64,000 nt of DNA from contig JAZQVI010000028.1 in NCBI GenBank assembly GCA_045631745.1, positions 1,489 through 65,488 on the forward strand, read 5' to 3'. The first letter of the stretch is position 1, and each line of letters opens with the position of its first letter. Shown piece after piece: positions 44,389 through 53,147 of the stretch. Source of the stretch: Eubacteriales bacterium. GTDB taxonomy: Bacteria; Bacillota; Clostridia; Oscillospirales; CAG-272. The notes beneath the pieces were generated by a model. The model had not been told where the DNA came from, searched no databases, and saw only the letters and a program-made list of their open reading frames with translations. Made by a program: the position numbers and the translations under genes.

Positions 44389-44417
44389 AGTATATCATAA
44401 ATCGATTAAAATGTCAA
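44389..44417 (-). promoter_or_regulatory. sigma-A promoter for the XRE regulator gene
   Basis: Minus strand TTGACA (44417-44412), 17 nt spacer, TATACT (44394-44389). Confidence 0.6.
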
Positions 44418-44461
44418 CACATGCTTTGGAATATGCCAAAACGCTACGGGTTGCAGAGCCC

Positions 44462-44780
44462 CATCGGAGAGTCTGAACTCAAACGCGCGGTGACGTGCGA
44501 TGCGGCACGTTCGTTTGGTGCTGTCGCGCGTTCTTGGCAAATTGCAAGCAATTTGCGGAGCTCTGACTCACATAAGTGAGCGACAAAAAAGAGCAGGCAT
44601 TGCGTTGCGATGCCTCTCATCGGAGAGTCTGAACTCAAACGCGCGGCAAAATACGGTGCGCCGCCCTCGTTTGGCTCGTCCGCGCGTTCTTGGCAAATTG
44701 CAAGCAATTTGCGGAGCTCTGACTCACATAAGTGAGCGACAAAAAAGAGCAGGCATCGCGTTGCGATGCCTGTTCTTTTT
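44462..44780 (-). repeat. tandem repeat (two units; copy-to-copy offset 156 bp; unit 1 44462-44617 = 156 bp, unit 2 44618-44780 = 163 bp) downstream of tRNA-Lys; each unit = terminator hairpin + conserved segment + divergent 34-nt core + pseudo tRNA-Lys 3' end
   Basis: The units are identical except for one base in the hairpin loop and the 34-nt cores (44491-44524 versus 44647-44680, ~60% identity). The cores are bracketed by the inverted repeat aacgcgcg/cgcgcgtt. Each unit ends (minus strand) in gagttcAgactctccgatg, versus gagttcgactctccgatg in the tRNA. Confidence 0.85.
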
Positions 44781-44856
44781 TGGTGACCCATCGGAGAGTC
44801 GAACTCCGGACACCATGATTAAAAGTCATGTGCTCTGCCATCTGAGCTAATGGGTC
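44781..44856 (-). tRNA. tRNA-Lys (anticodon UUU), CCA encoded
   Basis: Minus strand GACCCAT-TA-GCTC-AGATGGCA-GAGC-A-CATGA-CTTTTAA-TCATG-GTGTC-CGGAG-TTCGACT-CTCCG-ATGGGTC-A-CCA folds as a canonical 76-nt cloverleaf. Confidence 0.93.
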
Positions 44857-44874
44857 TTTTTTGGCTACCTAAAA

Positions 44875-44903
44875 ATTATACCATAAACCCGTCAGTTTGT
44901 CAA
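44875..44903 (-). promoter_or_regulatory. consensus sigma-A promoter for tRNA-Lys
   Basis: Minus strand TTGACA (44903-44898), 17 nt spacer, TATAAT (44880-44875). Confidence 0.65.
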
Positions 44904-44965
44904 GATTTATAAAAAAGATTAAACATACAAATTCAGTCTGTGTTTGAAAGCCGTTTTTGTGCAAA

Positions 44966-45502
44966 TTACACCTGTTTTTGCTTGATCTTTACCAACTCAT
45001 GTCTGGTGTAGCTTGCCATCATAGAAATGTTCTCGGGCAGCACAGACGGAAGCGTGGGGGTATATTCTCCATCGCTGATCTCGCTCTCGCGAATCTGCGT
45101 TCTCACCCATCTGAGAAACATTTTTTCAGCAACGCTTGCGCGCTCCAGCTTGAGCAGTCCGCCAAAGTTAAGCGCGGCAAAGGCACTGTCGAGGAGTAAC
45201 TTATCAAAGATATTTTGAACGTATCGCTCAAATTCATGTCCAAATCCGCAGCACAAAAAGAGTGCATGAGGCATCTCGCATAGCGCTGCCCCGTGCTCCT
45301 GCAGATAGGTGCGCAAGCTTTGTCTTGCCCGTCCGAATCTGACCGACGATCCAAGGATCACCACGTCATATTCACAGGGGCTGGGGCGCTGAATATCCAG
45401 ATCCGCCACGGTCACGTCCTGCCCCTTGAGCTCCTCGCAGAGCATCTCGGCGCACGCTTTTGCCGTTCCTGTTTTGGACGCATACCCAATCAGGATCCTC
45501 AT
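44966..45502 (-). CDS. flavodoxin-domain protein (HemG/long-chain flavodoxin-like)
   Basis: N-terminal ILIGYASKTGTA (FMN phosphate loop) and YDVVILGSS. Confidence 0.75.
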   Translation of the reverse strand: MRILIGYASKTGTAKACAEMLCEELKGQDVTVADLDIQRPSPCEYDVVILGSSVRFGRARQSLRTYLQEHGAALCEMPHALFLCCGFGHEFERYVQNIFDKLLLDSAFAALNFGGLLKLERASVAEKMFLRWVRTQIRESEISDGEYTPTLPSVLPENISMMASYTRHELVKIKQKQV

Positions 45503-45520
45503 CTCATCTCACCCCTTTTT

Positions 45521-45553
45521 GAAAAAAATACCCGACGGGCAATGCCGTCGGGT
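45521..45553 (-). terminator. intrinsic terminator after rpsU
   Basis: Hairpin acccgacgg..ccgtcgggt, followed on the minus strand by attttttt. Confidence 0.7.
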
Positions 45554-45571
45554 GTTTCTCGCCTGTACAAA

Positions 45572-45748
45572 TTACTTGTACTTGCGCTTTCTGGCTGCTT
45601 CGGACTTCTTCTTGCGCTTTACACTCGGCTTTTCGTAGTGTTCTCTCTTACGAAGCTCGGTGAGGACGCCGGAACGAGCCGTTGCACGCTTAAAGCGACG
45701 AAGTGCGCTGTCAAGAGACTCGCCTTCTTTCACTCTGATTTCTGCCAT
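45572..45748 (-). CDS. rpsU: 30S ribosomal protein S21
   Basis: Under 60 aa, so absent from the track. My translation is [60 protein letters not shown] ggagggaggga lies upstream. Confidence 0.93.
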   Translation of the reverse strand: MAEIRVKEGESLDSALRRFKRATARSGVLTELRKREHYEKPSVKRKKKSEAARKRKYK

Positions 45749-45810
45749 TGATATCCCTCCCTCCGCCGATAAAAAGAGATAATTTCTCTCAAAAAAAACT
45801 ATCTTTTAAG

Positions 45811-45839
45811 ATTATACACGATTTCCCTTGATCTGTCAA
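45811..45839 (-). promoter_or_regulatory. consensus sigma-A promoter for rpsU
   Basis: Minus strand TTGACA (45839-45834), 17 nt spacer, TATAAT (45816-45811). Confidence 0.65.
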
Positions 45840-45901
45840 GTGTTTTTTCTCTTTTTTTCAAAATTTATGAGAAAATATTGCCACTGCCAAAATTCTGCGA
45901 T

Positions 45902-46618
45902 TTACACACCAAACGCCTCCACGAGCAATCCGAAGATCACGCGGTATCCCTCGTCGTTCGGGTGCAATCCGTCGCACAGAAGCGCATCTACGGTACGACC
46001 GTTTTCCCTACAGTACTGCAAGAACAGGTCATACAGGCTCAAAACGACGGCATCCCGCTCCCTTGCAAGCATCTTATATCCGTTGTTGATGTCATCCATG
46101 TGCAAAATACGCCAGTAATCGGCGCCGTCCTGTTCGTCCTTTTGGGACGCGGGAATGTTGGCAACAAAGACGGTAGGGATTCCCGTACCGTGAAACATTT
46201 CGTACATCCGTCTGAGCTTATCGTGAAAGTCTGCCAAATATTCCTCCCGCAGGGGCTTCTTCTCGACCTCCGAAAAATATTTGTGACGGTTATTGGTGCC
46301 GATGGTACAGATGATGAGATCATCGTCCTCCTCAACCAGCTCGGAGAAATGCTCCATCACGAACTCCACTCTCGTACCCGTGCAGGCCTTGTTGACGACG
46401 CGGGCGCCGTATTTCTCCTTCATGTAGTCGCGGAAGAGGGTCGCCCAGCAGTAGCTGTCGGGGCTTTCCGCCCAGCCCTCCACGATCTTCGGTCCGTTCT
46501 GAATCCAGCCGCTTCCACCCACGCCGTGCGTAATGGAATCTCCGATCAGCTTTATTTTGGGATTCTTTTTCTCGTTTAATACGCGGGCAAACATCTCTTT
46601 TATATTGTTAGATTGCAT
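45902..46618 (-). CDS. SGNH/GDSL hydrolase family protein
   Basis: Block I LIGDSITHG, block III GTNN, block V DGLHPN. The start was set to the ATG at 46618, behind SD acggagg. Confidence 0.82.
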   Translation of the reverse strand: MQSNNIKEMFARVLNEKKNPKIKLIGDSITHGVGGSGWIQNGPKIVEGWAESPDSYCWATLFRDYMKEKYGARVVNKACTGTRVEFVMEHFSELVEEDDDLIICTIGTNNRHKYFSEVEKKPLREEYLADFHDKLRRMYEMFHGTGIPTVFVANIPASQKDEQDGADYWRILHMDDINNGYKMLARERDAVVLSLYDLFLQYCRENGRTVDALLCDGLHPNDEGYRVIFGLLVEAFGV

Positions 46619-46637
46619 GATAAACCTCCGTTTTGGG

Positions 46638-47672
46638 TTATGATTGATGATCTGCGTTCTCAAGCTCCGAGAGGATACGGCTAAGGTCGTCAAGCGACTC
46701 TGCCGTCATAATCCGGCCTCTGGCAGCCGCCGCCCCCCTCACGCCGTGCACGTACCACGACATATGCTTTCGCATCTCGGCGATACCCACGCGCTCTCCC
46801 TTTTGTCTGACGATTTCCTCTGCATGCTCCATTGCCACCGAAAGTCTCTCGCGAACGGTGGGAGCGTGATAGATCTCTCCCTCCATCGCCGCGCGGATTT
46901 CCTCAAAGATCCAAGGATTTCCCTGCGCGCCTCTTGCCACCATCACGCCGTCGCATCCCGTCTCCTGCATCATGCGAAGCGCATCCTCCGCAGCAAAAAT
47001 ATCGCCGTTTCCGATGACGGGAACGCGCACCGCCTCCTTGACCTGTCGAATGATGCCCCAATCGGCTGCAGGAGCATACATCTGCTGTCTCGTTCTGCCG
47101 TGAACACAGATCGCCGCAGCACCCGCCTGCTCCAGCCTTTTTGCAAGCTCCACCGCATTGATGTGCTCGGCATCCCAGCCTGCACGAATCTTGACCGTGA
47201 TGGGAAGCTTGACCGCCCTTGCCATCTCGCGCACAATCGCCTCGGCACGCTCGGGATCCTTCATCAGAGCACTCCCCTCGCCGTTGGAGACGATCTTCGC
47301 CATGGGACACCCCATATTGACGTCAATGGCAACGGGAGGAATTTCTCCGCACGCGCCTCGGTATTCGCCGCTCTCCAGCATCCGAGCCGCCCTTGCCATA
47401 AAGTCGGGCTCGGCACCGAACAACTGCACCGCCATGGGATATTCCTCCTTCATGACCGCCGCCAAGGGAGCTGTCCGTACGCTTGTCTCGGTCACAGGCT
47501 TGCGGCTGTTCTGCTCATAGCAGAGCGCCTTTGCAGACACCATCTCGCTCACGGTGTACTCGGCACCGAAGCGACGCGCCATCCGACGGAAGGTGCGGTC
47601 GCTCACCCCTGCCAGCGGGGCAAGACAAAGTCCGTGAGGGATCTCAGCATCTCCGATTATAAGCTTTGCCAT
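46638..47672 (-). CDS. dus: tRNA-dihydrouridine synthase
   Basis: LAPLAGVSD..FR, DVNMGCP, VKIR.GWD, HGRT and IGNGDI motifs. Confidence 0.9.
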   Translation of the reverse strand: MAKLIIGDAEIPHGLCLAPLAGVSDRTFRRMARRFGAEYTVSEMVSAKALCYEQNSRKPVTETSVRTAPLAAVMKEEYPMAVQLFGAEPDFMARAARMLESGEYRGACGEIPPVAIDVNMGCPMAKIVSNGEGSALMKDPERAEAIVREMARAVKLPITVKIRAGWDAEHINAVELAKRLEQAGAAAICVHGRTRQQMYAPAADWGIIRQVKEAVRVPVIGNGDIFAAEDALRMMQETGCDGVMVARGAQGNPWIFEEIRAAMEGEIYHAPTVRERLSVAMEHAEEIVRQKGERVGIAEMRKHMSWYVHGVRGAAAARGRIMTAESLDDLSRILSELENADHQS

Positions 47673-47881
47673 GGGGAATCTCCTTTCTGTCTTTATTCCA
47701 AAAATCGTTCGTCACGCGCAGACATTTTCCGCCTGCGCTCCGTATGGTTCTCTATTCTTCGTCCATCTGATTAAAAATCCTTGTCAACGAGGGTCGAATC
47801 CGCCCTCTTGATTTTCGTTGACAATCCGATACCCATCTGCCATAATAAAATCAGAAGCCAAAGAGAAAGGACGTATAATCC

Positions 47882-48622
47882 GTGAAAACGCAGAACCAAA
47901 TCCTTCTGATCGCCATGGCGGTCGTCTTTGCCATCGCGCTGACGCTTACCATCGCCATCATTTGCATCTCCTCGATCCGGGATCAAACCGAGGAACCGGT
48001 CTATCCCCCCGAATGGAGCCAACCCTTCCTCTCAAACGAGCCAGATCTCTCGTCTTTACCACCCCCAGCCGAGGACGATCCTATTGTAACGACCCAAGAC
48101 CCCGGCAACGGGCTTGCATTTGAAAGCAATCGCAACGGCACCTGCACCCTGGTGGGAATCGGCTCCTGCATCGAGCAATTCATCATCATTCCGAAATATT
48201 CTCCCACGGGAGAGCTCGTGATCTCCATCGCATCGCGCGCCCTCATGGGCTGCGAGAGTGTGACCGCCATTCAGATTCCCGAGAGCGTAACCTCCATCGG
48301 GCCTTTGGCATTTGCAGACTGCAAAAATCTCGTCTACATCTCTGTAAGCAGATACAACCTTGGCTATTGCGACGTGGACGGCGTGCTCTACACCGCCGAC
48401 GGAGAGCGACTTCTCCACTACCCCGCCATGCACGCGGGGAGCAGCCTCTATCTTTCCCGTTCGGTCACCGAAATTGCAGACATGGCGTTTTATCGCTGCG
48501 CCTATCTCTCCTCTATTCGCTACGAGGGAACGGCAGAGGAATGGCACATGATCGACATCGGTTCAAAAAACTACAGTCTGACCGCCGCGTCGGTCGTCTT
48601 TTCGGCCCGCGTCGGGGCATAG
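47882..48622 (+). CDS. membrane-anchored BspA-type leucine-rich-repeat protein
   Basis: One N-terminal TM helix, then repeats of the IPESVTSIG..AF..C..L..I type. GTG start. Confidence 0.7.
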   Translation: MKTQNQILLIAMAVVFAIALTLTIAIICISSIRDQTEEPVYPPEWSQPFLSNEPDLSSLPPPAEDDPIVTTQDPGNGLAFESNRNGTCTLVGIGSCIEQFIIIPKYSPTGELVISIASRALMGCESVTAIQIPESVTSIGPLAFADCKNLVYISVSRYNLGYCDVDGVLYTADGERLLHYPAMHAGSSLYLSRSVTEIADMAFYRCAYLSSIRYEGTAEEWHMIDIGSKNYSLTAASVVFSARVGA

Positions 48623-48625
48623 ATT

Positions 48626-49336
48626 TCACGCCAAGCGATCAATATACGCCATCAGATCATTAAATCCGCCATGCGGATAATCCTCGATACAATCCCCCGC
48701 CTTGGCAATAAGGCAATCGGTCAGAAGAAAAACCTTCATGCCAACCGATGCGGCAGGCATATCGTCCGAAATATCGTTTCCAACCATGAGACATTCCTCG
48801 GGGGCATAGCCGACGGCGTCGGCAACGTCGCGATAGTACCCCGCGCTAGGCTTGCAGAATCGGGAGTTCTCAAAGGTTGTGATGTGCGTAAATTCACTCG
48901 CGTCCAGCCCCGCCCAACGGACACGGCTGTGCGTTGCCACCGCCGGGAATGCAGGCTGGGTGGCAAGTGCCACGGTATACCCGAGGCGCTTCAGCTCCCG
49001 CACCGTCTCCGCCGCCTGCGGATTATATCCGCAAACGCTCTGCACGTTTGCAAATTCCTTGGCGTAAAAATCATCGAATGAGGGGATCGCTTCCTCAACG
49101 CGTGCTCCATAGATCTCGCGCATGACCCCCCAGAAGCGATCCTCGTTTTTCATGCTGCCGTCATTTTGGATCATCGCGCCCGTCCCCCTCATGATGGAGG
49201 AGAAAAGCTCCTGCGCGTCAAACCCCAGGGGCGCAACCTTTTTGGCAAATCCCCCGAAATAAGCCTTTAAAAATACGTTTTGATCCATGGGAAGCAGCGT
49301 TCCGTCCAGATCAAACAAAACACAACGAATCGACAT
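48626..49336 (-). CDS. HAD-superfamily hydrolase
   Basis: MSIRCVLFDLDGTLL (DxDGT motif I) and GNDISDD (motif IV). SD aaaaggaga. The track ORF 48626..50815 fuses this gene to an antisense read-through of the GH3 gene. Confidence 0.85.
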   Translation of the reverse strand: MSIRCVLFDLDGTLLPMDQNVFLKAYFGGFAKKVAPLGFDAQELFSSIMRGTGAMIQNDGSMKNEDRFWGVMREIYGARVEEAIPSFDDFYAKEFANVQSVCGYNPQAAETVRELKRLGYTVALATQPAFPAVATHSRVRWAGLDASEFTHITTFENSRFCKPSAGYYRDVADAVGYAPEECLMVGNDISDDMPAASVGMKVFLLTDCLIAKAGDCIEDYPHGGFNDLMAYIDRLA

Positions 49337-49537
49337 ACGGTCTCCTTTTTCAGTCCTGCCTGCAGACAAAACCGCGAAATACCCTATCATTATACCATTC
49401 CGACGCCACCTTGTCAAGCATTTGCGCTCGACTGTGCGCGTCGGCTCTTTTTTTGGACAAAGCACTTGCAAAACGCGCATGGATATGCTATACTTAATTT
49501 GATAGAATCCCAAATATGAATCATCAGAGGTACCCCT

Positions 49538-51664
49538 ATGTACAAGCATTTTGACGCACAGATCGACGCCATTCTTGCAAAAATGTCGCTGGACGATAAG
49601 ATCGGTCAGCTCAATCAGATCTGCTATTCCGCTCGCCCCGAGCGCGTGGAAGGCATCAAGGACATGATTCGCCAAGGGCGGGTCGGTTCTCTCATTCTTG
49701 CCGAGTCCTCTACCGCGGGAAACGACACCAATTCGGTCATTGACCGCGCAATGCTGGACGAGTATCAGCGAATCGCTTTGACCGAAAGTCCGACGGGGAT
49801 TCCCCTCATCTTCGGACGTGACGTGATCTACGGTCACCACACGGTCTATCCCATTCCTCTCGCACAGTCCTGCTCCTTCAATCCCGATCTGATCGAGAAA
49901 TGCTGCGCCGAGATCGCCCTGGAGGCGACCGCAGAAGGAATCCATTGGACCTTTTCTCCCATGCTCGACCTCTGCCGAGATCCCCGCTGGGGAAGAATCA
50001 TTGAGAGCGCGGGTGAGGATCCCTACGTTGCCTCCCGCATCGCTTCCGCCGTGGTCAAGGGCTTCCAGGGTGACCTCGGAGCGGGCAAGCTGGTTGCCTG
50101 TGCCAAGCACTTTATCGGCTACGGTGCGGCGGAGGGCGGCAGAGATTACCACCACACCGAAATCTCGGACTACAGTCTCTACAATTATTATCTCCCCGCC
50201 TTCCGCTCGGCGGTAGATGCGGGAGTTGGAACGGTCATGTCCTCCTTCAACGACATCAATGGCGAGAACGTAGGATCGAGCGAGTTCTACATGAAGGACA
50301 TTTTGCGCGATCACCTCGGCTTTGAGGGATTTGTGGTGTCCGACTGGGGAGGAGTCAAGCTTCTCCGCGGTCAAGGAACGGCGGCAAACGACGCCGAATG
50401 TGCCGAGCAATGTATCAAGGCAGGCACCGACATGGATATGGTGGAAAGCGCCTACATCAACAGTCTGCACGATCTGGTCGAGTCGGGACGCGTATCCGAG
50501 GAGACCATCGATCGCGCGGTGAGAAGGATCCTGCGTATCAAGTTGGCAAAGGGGCTCTTTGAAAATCCCTATTCCACTCCCCTGCCCTATGAGCGCGCCG
50601 ATCATGTTCGCAGCGCACGCAGCCTGGCAGGCGAGAGCATGGTGCTCCTCAAAAACGACAACCACACCCTTCCCCTCTTCAAAAACGAGAAGGTGATCCT
50701 GGTTGGCCCCATGACAAACGAACGCAGAAGCCTTTTGGGAAGCTGGACGCTGGACGGACTCATTTCCGAGACCCCTACCCTGCGTGAGGCGTTCTGCCGT
50801 GCGATCGGGGATCAAAACGTGTTAGACTCCCTGAACGGAGACGCCGACACGATTGTTTTGGCACTGGGCGAGAGCAATCAGATGAACGGAGAGGCGCGTT
50901 GCCTTGCCGACATTTCCCTCTCGCAGGAACAGAAAACGCTCATCCGTGAGGCAAAGGCGACGGGAAAGCGCGTGGTTGGCGTGATGTGCTACGGCCGTCC
51001 CATGGCACTGGAGGATATTGCAAGCGAATTTGATGCGATTCTCTATGCATGGCACGCGGGCTCGGAGACCGCCAACGCAGTGTGCGACATCCTCTTTGGA
51101 GACGTCTCCCCCTCGGGCAGACTTTCGGTATCCTTCCCCAAAAAGACGGGACACATTCCTACCTATTACAATGCACTGCGCCCGGGAAAACGCGTCACCG
51201 CCTATTACAACGACATTTGGGAGGGGGCACGCACGGCTTGCTACATCGACGGCGTGGCAGAACCGATGTATCCCTTCGGCTTTGGACTGTCGTATTCGGA
51301 GTTCTCCTATGGAGAGATTTCGGTTGATAAGACCGAGCTTTCTCTCGAGGCGTTGGAAGCGGGTGAGACCTTCAAGGTGAGCATCCCTGTGACGAACGTG
51401 GGAAAGAAAGATGCCAAGGAAACGGTTCAGCTCTACGTTGCCGACAGGATCGCATCCATGATGCGCCCCCGTCTGGAGCTTAAGGGCTACGACAAGAGAG
51501 AGATCGGTGCGGGCAAGTGTGCAACGGTCACCTTTGAGATCGGCAAAAACGAGCTTGGATTCTATCTCAAGAACGGAACATTCACCCTGGAGAAAGGCGA
51601 GTTTGAGATTCTCGTGGGAGAAAATTGCTTGACGAACCGGAAAATAATCGTGTCCGTCGTCTGA
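49538..51664 (+). CDS. glycoside hydrolase family 3 beta-glucosidase (BglX-like), no signal peptide
   Basis: KIGQL.Q.., GRDVIYGH.., KHF.GYG, nucleophile region GFVVSDWGG, and a C-terminal Fn3-like domain. Confidence 0.9.
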   Translation: MYKHFDAQIDAILAKMSLDDKIGQLNQICYSARPERVEGIKDMIRQGRVGSLILAESSTAGNDTNSVIDRAMLDEYQRIALTESPTGIPLIFGRDVIYGHHTVYPIPLAQSCSFNPDLIEKCCAEIALEATAEGIHWTFSPMLDLCRDPRWGRIIESAGEDPYVASRIASAVVKGFQGDLGAGKLVACAKHFIGYGAAEGGRDYHHTEISDYSLYNYYLPAFRSAVDAGVGTVMSSFNDINGENVGSSEFYMKDILRDHLGFEGFVVSDWGGVKLLRGQGTAANDAECAEQCIKAGTDMDMVESAYINSLHDLVESGRVSEETIDRAVRRILRIKLAKGLFENPYSTPLPYERADHVRSARSLAGESMVLLKNDNHTLPLFKNEKVILVGPMTNERRSLLGSWTLDGLISETPTLREAFCRAIGDQNVLDSLNGDADTIVLALGESNQMNGEARCLADISLSQEQKTLIREAKATGKRVVGVMCYGRPMALEDIASEFDAILYAWHAGSETANAVCDILFGDVSPSGRLSVSFPKKTGHIPTYYNALRPGKRVTAYYNDIWEGARTACYIDGVAEPMYPFGFGLSYSEFSYGEISVDKTELSLEALEAGETFKVSIPVTNVGKKDAKETVQLYVADRIASMMRPRLELKGYDKREIGAGKCATVTFEIGKNELGFYLKNGTFTLEKGEFEILVGENCLTNRKIIVSVV

Positions 51665-51677
51665 CGGCACAAGAAAA

Positions 51678-51716
51678 GAGGTCTGACCGATCGGTCAGAC
51701 CTCTTCGTTGTTTTTT
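51678..51716. terminator. bidirectional intrinsic terminator
   Basis: 13-bp perfect hairpin gaggtctgaccga/tcggtcagacctc followed by ttcgttgtttttt. Confidence 0.75.
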
Positions 51717-51871
51717 CCCTCGCACAGCACGCGTCTTGCCACGATGGTATTGAGGGTGTCACTGAGCTGAACGAGGATGCTTGCAAGCAGGGTGATCTCA
51801 CCCTCGTCAAGATTGCGAGCGATGGCGTTGGCAAGCGCCGTGACCGAGCCCGTCAACTCTAAGGAATTCAT
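51695..51871 (-). CDS. small conserved-looking hypothetical protein (58 aa)
   Basis: Below the track cut-off. MNSLELTGSVTALANAIARNLDEGEITLLASILVQLSDTLNTIVARRVLCEGKNNEEV. It starts 6 nt after the cupin stop, and its own stop lies inside the terminator stem. The pattern resembles small Clostridial proteins of the ..LA.AIA..L...E...LA..F.QLGD.L.TI type (from memory, unverified). Confidence 0.45.
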   Translation of the reverse strand: MNSLELTGSVTALANAIARNLDEGEITLLASILVQLSDTLNTIVARRVLCEGKNNEEV

Positions 51872-51877
51872 ATGCGG

Positions 51878-52318
51878 TCAATGCCCCTCGTGCGCGGCCT
51901 CCTCCCTTGTCTTGTGCACCGTTCCGGCAGGATGCTGCGGTGGCGCGTAGAGGGAGTAGAGCTTGAGAGGACGGCTCCCCATATTGACAATGTTGTGCCA
52001 CGTCCCTGCGGGAATGAGAATGGCATCGTTTTCGTCCACACACGCGGTCTCACAAAGATCGCATCGGCTACTGCCCGTGCAAACCTTTCCAAATCCGCTC
52101 TCCACGCGGATGAACTGATCGACGTGCGAGTGCATCTCTGTGCCGATCTCCCCGCCGACGGGAATCGACATCAGCGTGAGCTGCAAATGGCACCCCGTCC
52201 AAAGCGTGGTGCGAAAATTTTGATTCATGGCGGCGGCGTGGTTGATATTCACCACAAAGGGCTGGGGCCCGTAATCACGAATCTCGGGATGCTCTCCGCC
52301 GCTATTGCAATTTCGCAT
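51878..52318 (-). CDS. cupin domain protein
   Basis: Cupin motifs GGEIGTEMHSHVDQF and PAGTWHN. The start probably is the second ATG (52318), because SD ggagg abuts the first one (52324). Confidence 0.8.
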   Translation of the reverse strand: MRNCNSGGEHPEIRDYGPQPFVVNINHAAAMNQNFRTTLWTGCHLQLTLMSIPVGGEIGTEMHSHVDQFIRVESGFGKVCTGSSRCDLCETACVDENDAILIPAGTWHNIVNMGSRPLKLYSLYAPPQHPAGTVHKTREEAAHEGH

Positions 52319-52362
52319 AGTCATACCTCCAAAATGTTTTTTGGTATCAGTCTATGCGCCCG

Positions 52363-53040
52363 TCACGCGTTTGGATAAAGTGCCAATTTCTCCTCCCCGG
52401 GGCGGTAAATTCCGAGAAGAATCTCCCGCGCGTCCTTGTACCCCTCTGCGCGGATCTGCTTTTCCAGCCAGCTCCCGTCTCTGCCCACGCGACGGAGATT
52501 CTCCCCCATCACGCGCCCGTCCAGAATGACCTCCACACCAATATGCGTCGCCTTTGCGGGAATTCCGAGATCCCCGGGAGTCGCGGGACGATTGGCGGCT
52601 TTTGGCAGAATGGAGAGCTTTCCGTTGTGCTCAAAAATAGCGGTCGCAATCTCTTCCAAATCAAAATATCCCTGCTCGCGGCAGAGCAACATGAATTCCG
52701 AAAGATCAAGCTTCGCCTTTTTGAGATTTTCCCGATAAAGCTTGCCATCCGTAAAGAGGATCGTGGGCGTGCCATTGATATATTTGCGGGTTCGCGGAAG
52801 CTTGTGTGCAAGCAAATTGAGCAGAACCGACGCCGCCCCGTAGATACCGAGCGCGATGAGCGGTCGCTCGGGGCTTTCCAGCTCGGTCGCCAGCTCCGCA
52901 CCGATCGAGCCGATGGTAATGCCACTGACGTAGTCGAAAAAATCGAGCTGCGCGACCTGCTTGTGCCCCATGATCTTGGTGATGACGAAAAGCGCCGCCA
53001 CCGACAGCAGCGCGGTAAGAATGCCCCGAATAATTTCCAT
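52363..53040 (-). CDS. DUF421 (YetF-like) membrane protein
   Basis: ITKIMGHKQVAQLDFFDYV..ITIGS, then a C-terminal soluble half. This layout is typical of the spore-associated YetF/YdfS/YrbG family. Confidence 0.8.
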   Translation of the reverse strand: MEIIRGILTALLSVAALFVITKIMGHKQVAQLDFFDYVSGITIGSIGAELATELESPERPLIALGIYGAASVLLNLLAHKLPRTRKYINGTPTILFTDGKLYRENLKKAKLDLSEFMLLCREQGYFDLEEIATAIFEHNGKLSILPKAANRPATPGDLGIPAKATHIGVEVILDGRVMGENLRRVGRDGSWLEKQIRAEGYKDAREILLGIYRPGEEKLALYPNA

Positions 53041-53147
53041 ATGCCCCTCCCTTTTCTTTTTAGTGTGTGACCGCCCATGTTAAAATATGCGTATAAACGT
53101 GATGAAAGAAACAAATACTTTTTCTATCAAGCTCGGGAGGATAGAAG

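Noticed and set aside
44444-44850. ORFs of 115, 116 and 68 aa with internally repeated peptide sequence
   Set aside because: They run across the 156-bp tandem DNA repeat and the tRNA-Lys gene. The peptide repetition merely mirrors the DNA repeat, and no SD or start context is present.
47788-47815. gagggtcgaatccgccctc hairpin resembling a tRNA T-arm, in the dus/LRR intergenic region
   Set aside because: The T-loop consensus is incomplete (a T is missing from GTTCGAATC), and no D-arm, anticodon arm or acceptor pairing can be built around it. It is treated as an incidental hairpin.
49337-50815. N-terminal two-thirds of the 729-aa minus-strand ORF 48626..50815
   Set aside because: Only the last 236 codons form a bona fide HAD hydrolase with its own SD and ATG at 49336. 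The upstream part is antisense to the GH3 gene.
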